A stretch of 64,000 nucleotides of DNA. It comes from Pseudomonadota bacterium (GTDB lineage Bacteria; Myxococcota; JACRCW01; JAFGSX01). Positions 29,601 through 37,501 of the stretch are shown piece after piece. Where the stretch lies: contig JBDRCO010000094.1 of the NCBI GenBank assembly GCA_043821645.1, positions 32,001-96,000 on the forward strand. The letters are read 5' to 3'. The notes below the pieces were generated by a model. That model worked only from the letters and a program-made list of their open reading frames with translations, did not search any database and was not told where the DNA came from. Numbering within the stretch: the first letter of the stretch is position 1; every line of letters starts with the position of its first letter. The position numbers and the translations under genes are program-made.

Positions 29601-32600
29601 GGGCGGCGCGATGGACGGCACCATGGTCACCCGGATGACATGGTCCTCCTCGAAGTGCGTGGTCCACAGGTTGCCATCCGCGTCCGCCACCAGGTTGATG
29701 GGAGCCAGGAAGCCTCCCATCAACCACGTCCCCTCGCCCACCAGCTCGGTGCGGCCACTGCTGATGTCGGTGGGCCAGACCCGGATGTCGCCGGTCTCAG
29801 CATCGAGGGTGTACAGGTTTCCGGTCTCGTCGAACATCACACCGGCCACGTGGACATCGCTCAGCAGGGTCACGTTGGTCGGCGTGCCCATCGTGTTGAG
29901 TGACACCAGGCTGCGATGCCCCGTGTCGCACACGACCAGGTCCTGGGTACGGCGATCGATGGTGATGCAGGTCGGGTACTCGAACCCGGCCATGAAGACC
30001 TCGGCCAGGTCCGAGCGGCCGTCGAGGTCGCCATCGGGTTGCAGGGCGTACACCCACTTGCCCGGGTAGATGATGCCGAAGATGAAGGGGTCGTAGTACT
30101 CGGTGGCGTACAGCACGCCCGCGTCGTCGAACACCATCGAGATCGGGTTCTCGCCGACGATGGTGTCCACGGTGTTGCGAAAGTCGTAGTAGACCGAGAC
30201 CGACTCATCGGACAGGTCGACACGGGAGACCAGCTCGGGGTTTCCGGCGTTGACCGCGTACAGCGCTCCATCGGGCCCCACGGTCAGACCCGTGGGGGAC
30301 GACCCGACCTCGGCCAGCTGGGTCACCGCGAGCAGGGGCGAGATGCGATGCACGGTGAAGCCAGGCACGAAGCCCGCGCTCGTACTGCTGCGCTGGGTGC
30401 CGAAGGACGAGAAGTAGACGTTACCCGCCGCGTCCGCGGCCAGGCCATTGGGGCCCTCGGCATCGGCGGCGATGAGGCGAATCTCGACCGGGTTTCCCAC
30501 CCCGGGCAGCACGTTGAGCGGACGCCTCTCGACGTCGATGGCGGCGGTGATCACGGGATCGCCAGGTGGAAGCAAGGACGGGTTCACACGGGTCACCGCG
30601 CGTAGCGGCTGCCCGAGGCTGAGGGAGCGCGAGGCCTGCCCACCGGGAACCGGGCCCTGCCCGTCGGTACGCTCGAGGGCGATGGCCAGGGTAAACACGC
30701 CATCGGCCTCGTCAAAGGTCTGGACCCTGTCCAGCTCGAAGCGGTGCAGGGCCTGGGACACCGGCAGATGGATGGGTGTGGGCGAGACGCTCTGGTACAC
30801 GGTGCTGCCGTCGGGGCGGCTGAGGGTGAGGAAGGCCAGCATGTCCTGGGGCGCGTTGAGGGGGTTGAACAGGTCGGCAAACATACGCAATCGGGCCCCC
30901 GGAATGGCGAAGGCCGGAAGGCTTCCCAGTCCCACGACCTGCACCCACTCGCCGTTGGCGACGACGGTGGAGGTGGCGCGGCGGGACAGCTCGGGTGCTC
31001 CGTCGACGGTCGCGGTGACCGTGAAGCTGAAGGTGCCCGGTCCAGGCACATGCACGGTCAACGGCAGCGCATCGATGAGCGGGTCCGGTGTGACGGGCGA
31101 CGCCACGTTGGCAGCGATGCCGTCGACGCTCAGATGCAGTGTCGTGGGTGCGGACCCCAGGCGCTCCAGACGAAGGGCAAAGGCCACATCGCCGCCGGGT
31201 ATGGCCAGAGCGCCATCTGGATCGATGGCGATGCGGAAGTCGTGGGCACCGAGCGTGTTCAGGATGGCCGCGATGCGCCCAAACTGCAGTTCGACGGCGG
31301 CGAGATCGAGGTCAGCGCAGGTGTAGCCCGATACCAGCATGGCGTTGGCCAGGGCGCGTAGCTGCACGCGCACGTCGTCGAAGACGGGATCCCACAGCGC
31401 GCTGGCCAGGGTCCGCAGATCCTGGCTCAGGGCGTACACGTCCTTGGGCTGACAGCGCAGGTAGAGTCTGTGGTAAGGGTCGGCCGTCCCCTCGAGCACC
31501 GTCGCAACGCGCGTCTCACCCAGGCTGCGGGCGAGGTCGATGAGCTCGAGCAACCTGTCTGTCTCGGCGCCCACCGCTTCGAGCTGCACTCGGCTGTAGC
31601 CCAGAACGACCTCACCGTCGCGCGCCTCGATCACGACACCGTGCACAAGTCCCGGGCCCGCGTCGGGAGTGAGCGAGGTCTGCAGCGGGATGCGGCGCAC
31701 TTCACCCGGCGCCAGCGACAGCACCCGGGGTAGGCCAAGCAGCGGCATGTGCCGCGCCGTCGACGATGCCAGATGGACATCGCGGATGGCATTTCCTTTG
31801 GCCGTGATGGTCAGCGTGGCGTCCAGGGTCTCGCCCGAAACGCGCAACGCTCTGTCGGGATCCATGGTGAGGGTCACACCTAGCACCGCCGGGAAGGGAA
31901 TGGACGCGCTGCCCTGCGCCTGTGCCGCGCCGGTGCTGGCATCGAGGGTCAGCGTCAGGTCCGCGCCAGGTGTCGGCAATGGCAACTGGGGTCGGGCGGC
32001 GATGGCCACCGTGCCGCGCTCTCCCGGAGCCAGCTCCAGGCGATCGTTGCCGAGCACGAAATCCACACCCGCCGTCCCCGACGCCACGAGGTCAACGCTG
32101 GCGATCTGATCCCCGAGGTTGTCGACCTGCGCCATGAAAACGGTGGGCAGCGGCACACCATCAACCAGGGTTGTGAAAAGCGGCTCGTGGGCGAGACGGA
32201 CGACGAGCGGCGTTGCCGGCAGATCCCGGTACGCCTCCATCGCCTGTCCGACCTGGGTACCCGAGGCCTTGTCGCGCGCCCACACCTGGATGTGCTGAAC
32301 CTGGCCCGAAGCCTCCCGGGAAGGCGTCAGCACCAGGGCGCTGTCGTCGAGATCCACACGCCAGCCTGTGGGGGCCTCGACCCACAGCTCCACCTGCGCC
32401 GCCTCGCGTGCCAGTACTTGCGGCAGGGGCAGCGTGTTGGGGCCAGCCTGAAGGTGCAGGACCTCGGGAAGCGAGAGCAGCAGGGACGAGCTGGAGCTCG
32501 CTGCCAGCGGCGCGCCCAAGGCAGTACCGAGCGTTCCCTGCACACCGGCAAAGCCCCGGGCGCCGAGCTGCACCGTGGCGCCATCGACGTCGACCTCGAG

Positions 32601-35600
32601 CGTCGAGGTCTGGACCCACGCCTCTGCCGCACCCAGCTCCGCCGCCGTTGCCAGAAGCAGGAAGTGGCCTGGCGCGCTCTCGCCCTCGAGCACGCCGTCA
32701 AACTCGATGCTGCCACTGCACGAGGCCGTGAACGTGGCCAGGCGACCCGTGGTCAGGGAGTCGGTGCGCAGCAAGGCCCCCTGCCCCAGGGCCGCAACGG
32801 AACCTGGGCAGAAGATCTCGTGCGCCATGCCCCGCACCACGCCATCGCGGATCTGCAGCCCGTCCTCGAACAGCTGGCCCTGGGCGCTCAGCTCGCCCTG
32901 ACCCCACGCGACGGGGACATGCACCCGTAGCCCACTGGCCGCGCGCAGGCTCAGGGTGCCCGCCACGTGAAGCATGGTCCCGCTGGCCTGGGCTGGGAGC
33001 TCCGGCAGCGCAGCCACCTGCGCGCTGAGTGTCAGGTGGTCGACGGACAGCGGTCGCCGCAGCGGCCCGCTGGTGCCGGCATTGAAGTCTGGCAAGGGCG
33101 GGTCGATACCCAGGGCCATGATCTGCACCCGCGCCTCACCCACCGTCTTGCCCAGGCTCTGCCCCAGGTCAAAGCCGCCGATGAACTCCTCGACGCCGGG
33201 CGTCGGCGCCGCCGCTGCGAGCAAGGCAAAGATCAGGCTGCTGAGATCCCCCTGTGCCGCACCAGCCGCCGCGGCCGCCGCGCCAGCTTGACTGCCCGTC
33301 GCCCCACCCAGGGCCAGCCCGAGATTCATCCCCGTCGACACGGGGTCGAACTTGGTCAAGGTACTGTCGAGAACCTTGGCGAGTCCCTGCAGGGTGCCCG
33401 CGGAGAAGCCCGCCATGCCCCCGAACCACACGCCGAGGCCCTTGGTGAGCACCTTGTCGAGGAACGAGTACTCCACAGCCGCGCTGTGCCAGCCATTGGC
33501 GTCGACGGCCTGCACGTCTCCCGTTGCCAGGTCGAACTCGAGCCACACCATGGCGGCGACGCCGTTGAGCATGACAGGCTGCTCCGGAAGCAGCACCTGC
33601 ATCCCGCGAGCGATGGCGGCGCGCACGCCGGCGCGAACCCCATCGTCGATGGGCAACAGGTACAGGTCCAGCCAGTTGGAGGCATGGATGCTGCGAATCA
33701 GAACGCCCTGCTCCTCGGCGGCAGCGAACAGGGCGCGCGCAGAGATCACGTGGGCGTCGTCGACCAGGCGCAGCACCTCGCCCTCGAGGTTGGCCTCGAT
33801 GAAGCCGCGGGCCATGCGGAAGATCATGGCTGCAGACGCCGGAATGTCGTCGGGTGCCACAACCTGGAGCTCGTTGGCCGCGAGATCGACGACCGGCGCG
33901 GGTCCCTGCGAGGTCCCTCGCGCCCTCACCACGACGACGCGGGGCCTTGCCGGATACGCGCGTACCAGCATGAAGTCCTGGGCCCGCTGAGCCAGACGGC
34001 TGGAGAGATCCAGGTAACGGGCGCCGATGGAACCCACCAGCGCGTGCTGGGCCCGGCGACCCAGGTCCTGGAGATCCGCCAGCTGCGCCGACTGGGCGGG
34101 GTCCAGGGCGGCCCCATCCCCCAGTGCGCTCAGCGAGGCAATGATGTCGGATCGAGCTTGCAGCTGCTCCCGGTGACGCTGGGTGGATCCCAGCCAGCGC
34201 GCCGCCGCATGAGGCGCCTGCCACGACGAGGCGACTTGGATGCCCACCACGTCGAGCGGCCCCAGCGCGGCCAGGGGTTCATTGGCATCGAGCTGCAGGC
34301 TGACATCCTCTTCGCCCCCCAGGCGCACCGAAGCACCCAGGCGGTCCGCGATGGTGTGGTGCACGTGCTGGACCGTGCCACTGGGTGAGGTCACCGTGAC
34401 GTCGGCAAAGGCACCGGTGATCAGCTGATTGCCACCGGGAAAGCTGGTGGTGTGCTCCTGGTAGGCCTCGCCCTCGAGCACCACCTGACCATCGATCGTG
34501 AGCTGAGGCGTGTAGGTGTGCAGGTTGCTGCCGAAGACCAGGCCCTGCATGGAATTCGAGTGCACCAGATGCTGCAGGGCGAGCAGGCGGCCGACCAGCT
34601 GCACACTTGAAAAGCGCGCGCTCAGCGGCTGCTTCACGTCCGTCGCGGCCATGCCGAACATGGGGTTGAACAGCTCGACGGTGAGAGCCACGTCGACGTG
34701 GTGCCGCAGGGCATCGTCGATCGCGGCGAAGGTGCTTGTGGGAGATCCCGGCGCTGTGCCCAGGCACGGATCCACGTCGACCCAGCCGCTGCCGCGCTCG
34801 ACCTGAACCCAGACGTGATCGCGCGCCACCAACAGCAGCTCGGCATCGGTCGCCGGGTCTGCGAACAGCAGGTCGCGCAGCGCCTGCCTGTCCTGGGGGA
34901 TGAAGGTGTCCATGCCCAGGCCTGGCCAGGTCGCCTCGACCACGGCGGGATCGAGCAGCTGGTCGAGCAAGAACTCGGGGTCGCGCACCGGCGCCAGCAT
35001 GTTGTTGCGGGGTCGGAACATGCTGCGGATGAGTGCGGCAGCGGTGGCGTCGTCGACGCCGGCCCTGGCATAGCGTGCGGGAAGACCGACCGCCCGCAGC
35101 ATGGCGACGAGAAGGCTGGCCTGGTCCCAGGCATTGCCGGCCTCGCTCCACAAGGTGCCACGCGCCCCGCGCAGGGAGCCGCGGTAGGCCTCGTACTGCA
35201 CGTCGCGGCTGACGCGAGCGATGATGCGATCGGGGTCTCCTGCCAGCTCGGCGACGGCAGACAGGACCTCCGGGTCTGCGGCGTCCGCGTCGAGGGTGGG
35301 CTCAAGATACAGGTCCAGCGACGGGTCGTGGGTTGCCAGGCGCAGCGCCGGGGCCACGGCCTGGCGCGCCGTTCCTTGCACGGCCCTGACCTCGGCACCG
35401 AGATCGACCCCGTCTTCAATGGTCAGCTCGATACGTGCCGACTCGCCCGGCCAGAGGTCACCCAGACTCCAGCTCCACGCCTCGCCATCGGGCTGGGCGT
35501 CTGGCGTACTGGTCACGAGGGTGCCGCCCGCCTCGACCTGATCCCTCACCACGACACCCCTGGCCACCTCTGGACCGCTGTTGTGCACCACCAGCGAGAA

Positions 35601-35747
35601 GCGCACCTGTCCCAGGGCGTCGGCCCGGACGACAGCTGGCGCGGGCCAGATGGTGACGCTCTGTGCCCGCAGGGGCGAGGCCACGGCGAGCAGGGTGCCC
35701 AGCACCACCAGGCGCGAGGCCTGGTGGGGTCTGCACGAGGAACCCAT
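26664..35747 (-). CDS. Giant (~3030 aa) surface protein: DUF11-like + transglutaminase-like + Ig-like + NHL-like propeller + Fn3-like + MYXO-CTERM-type anchor
   Basis: 9-kb open frame; signal-like N-terminus; VHNSGPEVARGVVVRDQ; GNAWDQASLLVAMLRAVGLPARY...HVWVQV...WVDVDP; PxGLxxDxxGNxY repeats; YFWRCRAWDG and YHARVRAADLYG; C-terminal GCGC + TM + RRRRR. Start could also be 35765 or 35825. Confidence 0.85.
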   Translation of the reverse strand: MGSSCRPHQASRLVVLGTLLAVASPLRAQSVTIWPAPAVVRADALGQVRFSLVVHNSGPEVARGVVVRDQVEAGGTLVTSTPDAQPDGEAWSWSLGDLWPGESARIELTIEDGVDLGAEVRAVQGTARQAVAPALRLATHDPSLDLYLEPTLDADAADPEVLSAVAELAGDPDRIIARVSRDVQYEAYRGSLRGARGTLWSEAGNAWDQASLLVAMLRAVGLPARYARAGVDDATAAALIRSMFRPRNNMLAPVRDPEFLLDQLLDPAVVEATWPGLGMDTFIPQDRQALRDLLFADPATDAELLLVARDHVWVQVERGSGWVDVDPCLGTAPGSPTSTFAAIDDALRHHVDVALTVELFNPMFGMAATDVKQPLSARFSSVQLVGRLLALQHLVHSNSMQGLVFGSNLHTYTPQLTIDGQVVLEGEAYQEHTTSFPGGNQLITGAFADVTVTSPSGTVQHVHHTIADRLGASVRLGGEEDVSLQLDANEPLAALGPLDVVGIQVASSWQAPHAAARWLGSTQRHREQLQARSDIIASLSALGDGAALDPAQSAQLADLQDLGRRAQHALVGSIGARYLDLSSRLAQRAQDFMLVRAYPARPRVVVVRARGTSQGPAPVVDLAANELQVVAPDDIPASAAMIFRMARGFIEANLEGEVLRLVDDAHVISARALFAAAEEQGVLIRSIHASNWLDLYLLPIDDGVRAGVRAAIARGMQVLLPEQPVMLNGVAAMVWLEFDLATGDVQAVDANGWHSAAVEYSFLDKVLTKGLGVWFGGMAGFSAGTLQGLAKVLDSTLTKFDPVSTGMNLGLALGGATGSQAGAAAAAAGAAQGDLSSLIFALLAAAAPTPGVEEFIGGFDLGQSLGKTVGEARVQIMALGIDPPLPDFNAGTSGPLRRPLSVDHLTLSAQVAALPELPAQASGTMLHVAGTLSLRAASGLRVHVPVAWGQGELSAQGQLFEDGLQIRDGVVRGMAHEIFCPGSVAALGQGALLRTDSLTTGRLATFTASCSGSIEFDGVLEGESAPGHFLLLATAAELGAAEAWVQTSTLEVDVDGATVQLGARGFAGVQGTLGTALGAPLAASSSSSLLLSLPEVLHLQAGPNTLPLPQVLAREAAQVELWVEAPTGWRVDLDDSALVLTPSREASGQVQHIQVWARDKASGTQVGQAMEAYRDLPATPLVVRLAHEPLFTTLVDGVPLPTVFMAQVDNLGDQIASVDLVASGTAGVDFVLGNDRLELAPGERGTVAIAARPQLPLPTPGADLTLTLDASTGAAQAQGSASIPFPAVLGVTLTMDPDRALRVSGETLDATLTITAKGNAIRDVHLASSTARHMPLLGLPRVLSLAPGEVRRIPLQTSLTPDAGPGLVHGVVIEARDGEVVLGYSRVQLEAVGAETDRLLELIDLARSLGETRVATVLEGTADPYHRLYLRCQPKDVYALSQDLRTLASALWDPVFDDVRVQLRALANAMLVSGYTCADLDLAAVELQFGRIAAILNTLGAHDFRIAIDPDGALAIPGGDVAFALRLERLGSAPTTLHLSVDGIAANVASPVTPDPLIDALPLTVHVPGPGTFSFTVTATVDGAPELSRRATSTVVANGEWVQVVGLGSLPAFAIPGARLRMFADLFNPLNAPQDMLAFLTLSRPDGSTVYQSVSPTPIHLPVSQALHRFELDRVQTFDEADGVFTLAIALERTDGQGPVPGGQASRSLSLGQPLRAVTRVNPSLLPPGDPVITAAIDVERRPLNVLPGVGNPVEIRLIAADAEGPNGLAADAAGNVYFSSFGTQRSSTSAGFVPGFTVHRISPLLAVTQLAEVGSSPTGLTVGPDGALYAVNAGNPELVSRVDLSDESVSVYYDFRNTVDTIVGENPISMVFDDAGVLYATEYYDPFIFGIIYPGKWVYALQPDGDLDGRSDLAEVFMAGFEYPTCITIDRRTQDLVVCDTGHRSLVSLNTMGTPTNVTLLSDVHVAGVMFDETGNLYTLDAETGDIRVWPTDISSGRTELVGEGTWLMGGFLAPINLVADADGNLWTTHFEEDHVIRVTMVPSIAPPSLDLTLTHGTLGGGVDTTSALPVVGPWPTYSSGTLTWLLPFEATATAQHFEYAQQLTGLQPGSVVPLSSGSTLELQQGVDRTTLALDSLIAVVDHLVSLSPDLVDLERGAGHTVKVTLRNHRDQPDTVDLAVVGLDPSIRAEIPTQVTVPAQGSITVDLVLFSSDFTPDGLQRYQIVASSVLAGNDAVVGTARVHGYRIVATPDPVEIRGRNGEQVSFSVLYTRQAGDTRRAFYTRTQGLADITSTHQERLGLVDFYMTDGNRLVSYTFTLRGPAGRYPVGVEISELVAPYRYDLVAAVIVTIIDDDSVEVVADPPVVRSGRTVPFTLTAVIRNTGMTTRTVTLSRCCGPAYWGPVFNAGPHVLGPGAEKRVPIRMSPNGILVGDYIHTLKVTDVDNNLITDSFDAHVILETPGAKLRILDPRSVVSSTGEAQFTVRVDRVVFDPPGMMDLAVTGPLAFSASLARTHVDLTSVTRVDVPLHVEGLSGLTQGPWPVTVLGWPPDDPTLVFSDTGLVTVAVSGVYGHFSPATLAGRHSETFTAMLVLDNLDFSAGTGVQVALASSDTSLHVTPQSAALSLAAGGQAAIPLQLTVDAPGLYELVATVSPSIEAPFELRLPLDVVLNHSPTAPTLLVPVAGAHTGARPGLSFSAASDDDGDALTYACEVDDGVGGVANLSSPLTSMVVGPLAPGAYFWRCRAWDGYVWGPWSGDESFVVDLALDNHPPEAPVIQSPQDQAQDLSLPLNLEWEQSLDLDGDLLSYQVQVATDDQFVGLIHDVDQIPMGGSATVQHAVPELVTGQNYHARVRAADLYGTSPWALVQFTTAAPVPDAGVDAGGQSPDGAVADVPLLDAGAVDTVVADGASTFTDAFGLDAPALDGTLATDAALDAGAADVVLDDGGRVDTGSGETGVDTGAAIGADGSGTATGQGDASGKSPTAAEGCGCASTGRSVPLAVLGLGLSLLVWRRRRRAGTVPSGEE

Positions 35748-36052
35748 TGTCTCGCGAAAAAGCATCCAGCCCTGGCGACAGGGTCCCAGCAGTGGCATCG
35801 GTAACCTCTCTGAAGCTGACATCATCGCACGCCTGGTTTGAGGATCCCACGCAGCCCTGGTCGATCACGGTCATCGCCTGATGACCGCTGACGCCCCGTG
35901 GCCGAGGCCCCGCGCGCTCCAGGGAGGCTTATCTTAGCTATTTTGTCGGTATTAACCGTCGCATTTCGGCCTTTTTCCGATTTTCGCGAAGGGCTCTTGA
36001 TGGCAGCGTACGCGCGATGGTTTGAAAGCATTCACTATGTGCGAGGTTCGCC

Positions 36053-37420
36053 ATGAAACGTGCCCTCATCATCCTTGTCATCCTGGTCGTGGGTGCCCTG
36101 CTCTTCCCCGTGTCCAACCTGGTCGTGGGAGCCCCCCTGGTCAAGCTCGCGTCCGGGTCCGCAGACCCAGGTCTGGGCAAGGTGGCCTCGACGCTGGAGC
36201 AGAAGTGCACCAACTGCCACACCAGCAAGCCCGTGCTGCCCTTCTATGCCAGCTTCCCCGTGGCCAAGGGCATGATCGAAGCGGACATGCGGCAGGGCCT
36301 GCGCTTCCTCGACCTGGTAGGAGCGCTTTCCCCCGAGTCCGGTGCAGCGGTCAATCCCGCGGTGCTGGCCAAGCTCGAGTACACCGTGCAACGCGACGAG
36401 ATGCCGCCAGGCCGCTACCGCATGCTGCACTGGGACGGTGGCCTGAGCCAGGCCGAGAAGGACGCCCTGCTGGGCTGGATCCGTGAGGTCCGAAAATCAA
36501 ACTATGCGACAGCAGATGCACCGGCGAATCTGCAAGGTCAGGTGCTGCAGCCACTGCCTCTGGCCGTGGCGGTTGACGCCACCAAGGCTGCCCTGGGCGA
36601 CAGGCTGTACCACGACAAGCGCCTGTCCGGCGATGAGACCGTGAGCTGCGCCAGCTGCCACGACCTGGCCAAGGGCGGCACGGATCAGCTTGCCACCTCC
36701 ACCGGCATCCGGGAGCAGAAGGGCCCCATCAATGCGCCCACGGTGTTCAACGCCGGCTTCCAGGTGCTGCAGTTCTGGGATGGGCGAGCCAAGGACCTGC
36801 AGGAGCAAGCCGCCGGTCCCGTCGAGAACCCACTGGAGATGGGCGCCACCTGGGACGAGGTCATCGCCAAGCTGGGCCAGGACGAGGCCCTGGTCACGGA
36901 GTTCACCGCGGCCTACCCCGATGGCCTGAGCAAGGCCAACGTGACCCACGCCATCGCCGAGTTCGAGAAGACCCTGGTGACACCCAACTCGAAGTTCGAC
37001 AAGTACCTGCGCGGCGACCAGGCCGCCCTGGACGATGCCGAGAAGAAGGGCCACCAGGTCTTTGCCGACCGTGGCTGCACCAACTGTCACGTGGGAAGCC
37101 TGCTCGGCGGTGCCAGCTTCGAGCTGATGGGTCTGTGGAAGGACTACTTCAAGGTGCGCGGCAACGTGAACGACGCCGACAACGGCCGCTTCAGCGTGAC
37201 CAAGAAAGACAGCGACCTGCATCGCTTCAAGGTGCCCACCCTGCGCAACGTCGCCCTCACCCAGCCTTATTTCCACGACGGCAGCAAGGCCACGCTCGAG
37301 GAGGCGGTGCGCGACATGGGCACCTACCAGCTCGAGCAGCCCCTGCGTGACGACGAGGTGACCGCACTGGTGGCCTTCTTGAAAGCACAGACCGGCGAGC
37401 TCAACGGTAAGCCCCTGTAG
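36053..37420 (+). CDS. Tri-heme cytochrome c peroxidase (YhjA/Ccp-like, N-terminal heme-binding domain)
   Basis: Three CxxCH motifs (CTNCH, CASCH, CTNCH), INAPTVFN, QFWDGRA, NPLEMG, FKVPTLRNV, PYFHDG. Confidence 0.93.
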   Translation: MKRALIILVILVVGALLFPVSNLVVGAPLVKLASGSADPGLGKVASTLEQKCTNCHTSKPVLPFYASFPVAKGMIEADMRQGLRFLDLVGALSPESGAAVNPAVLAKLEYTVQRDEMPPGRYRMLHWDGGLSQAEKDALLGWIREVRKSNYATADAPANLQGQVLQPLPLAVAVDATKAALGDRLYHDKRLSGDETVSCASCHDLAKGGTDQLATSTGIREQKGPINAPTVFNAGFQVLQFWDGRAKDLQEQAAGPVENPLEMGATWDEVIAKLGQDEALVTEFTAAYPDGLSKANVTHAIAEFEKTLVTPNSKFDKYLRGDQAALDDAEKKGHQVFADRGCTNCHVGSLLGGASFELMGLWKDYFKVRGNVNDADNGRFSVTKKDSDLHRFKVPTLRNVALTQPYFHDGSKATLEEAVRDMGTYQLEQPLRDDEVTALVAFLKAQTGELNGKPL

Positions 37421-37501
37421 GGTTCCGCTCCCTCACCACGCTTCCCCGACAGTTGTTCTCCCCGGCAGCGCTGCCTGACCTCGCGGTGCACAAGACAGGT
37501 T

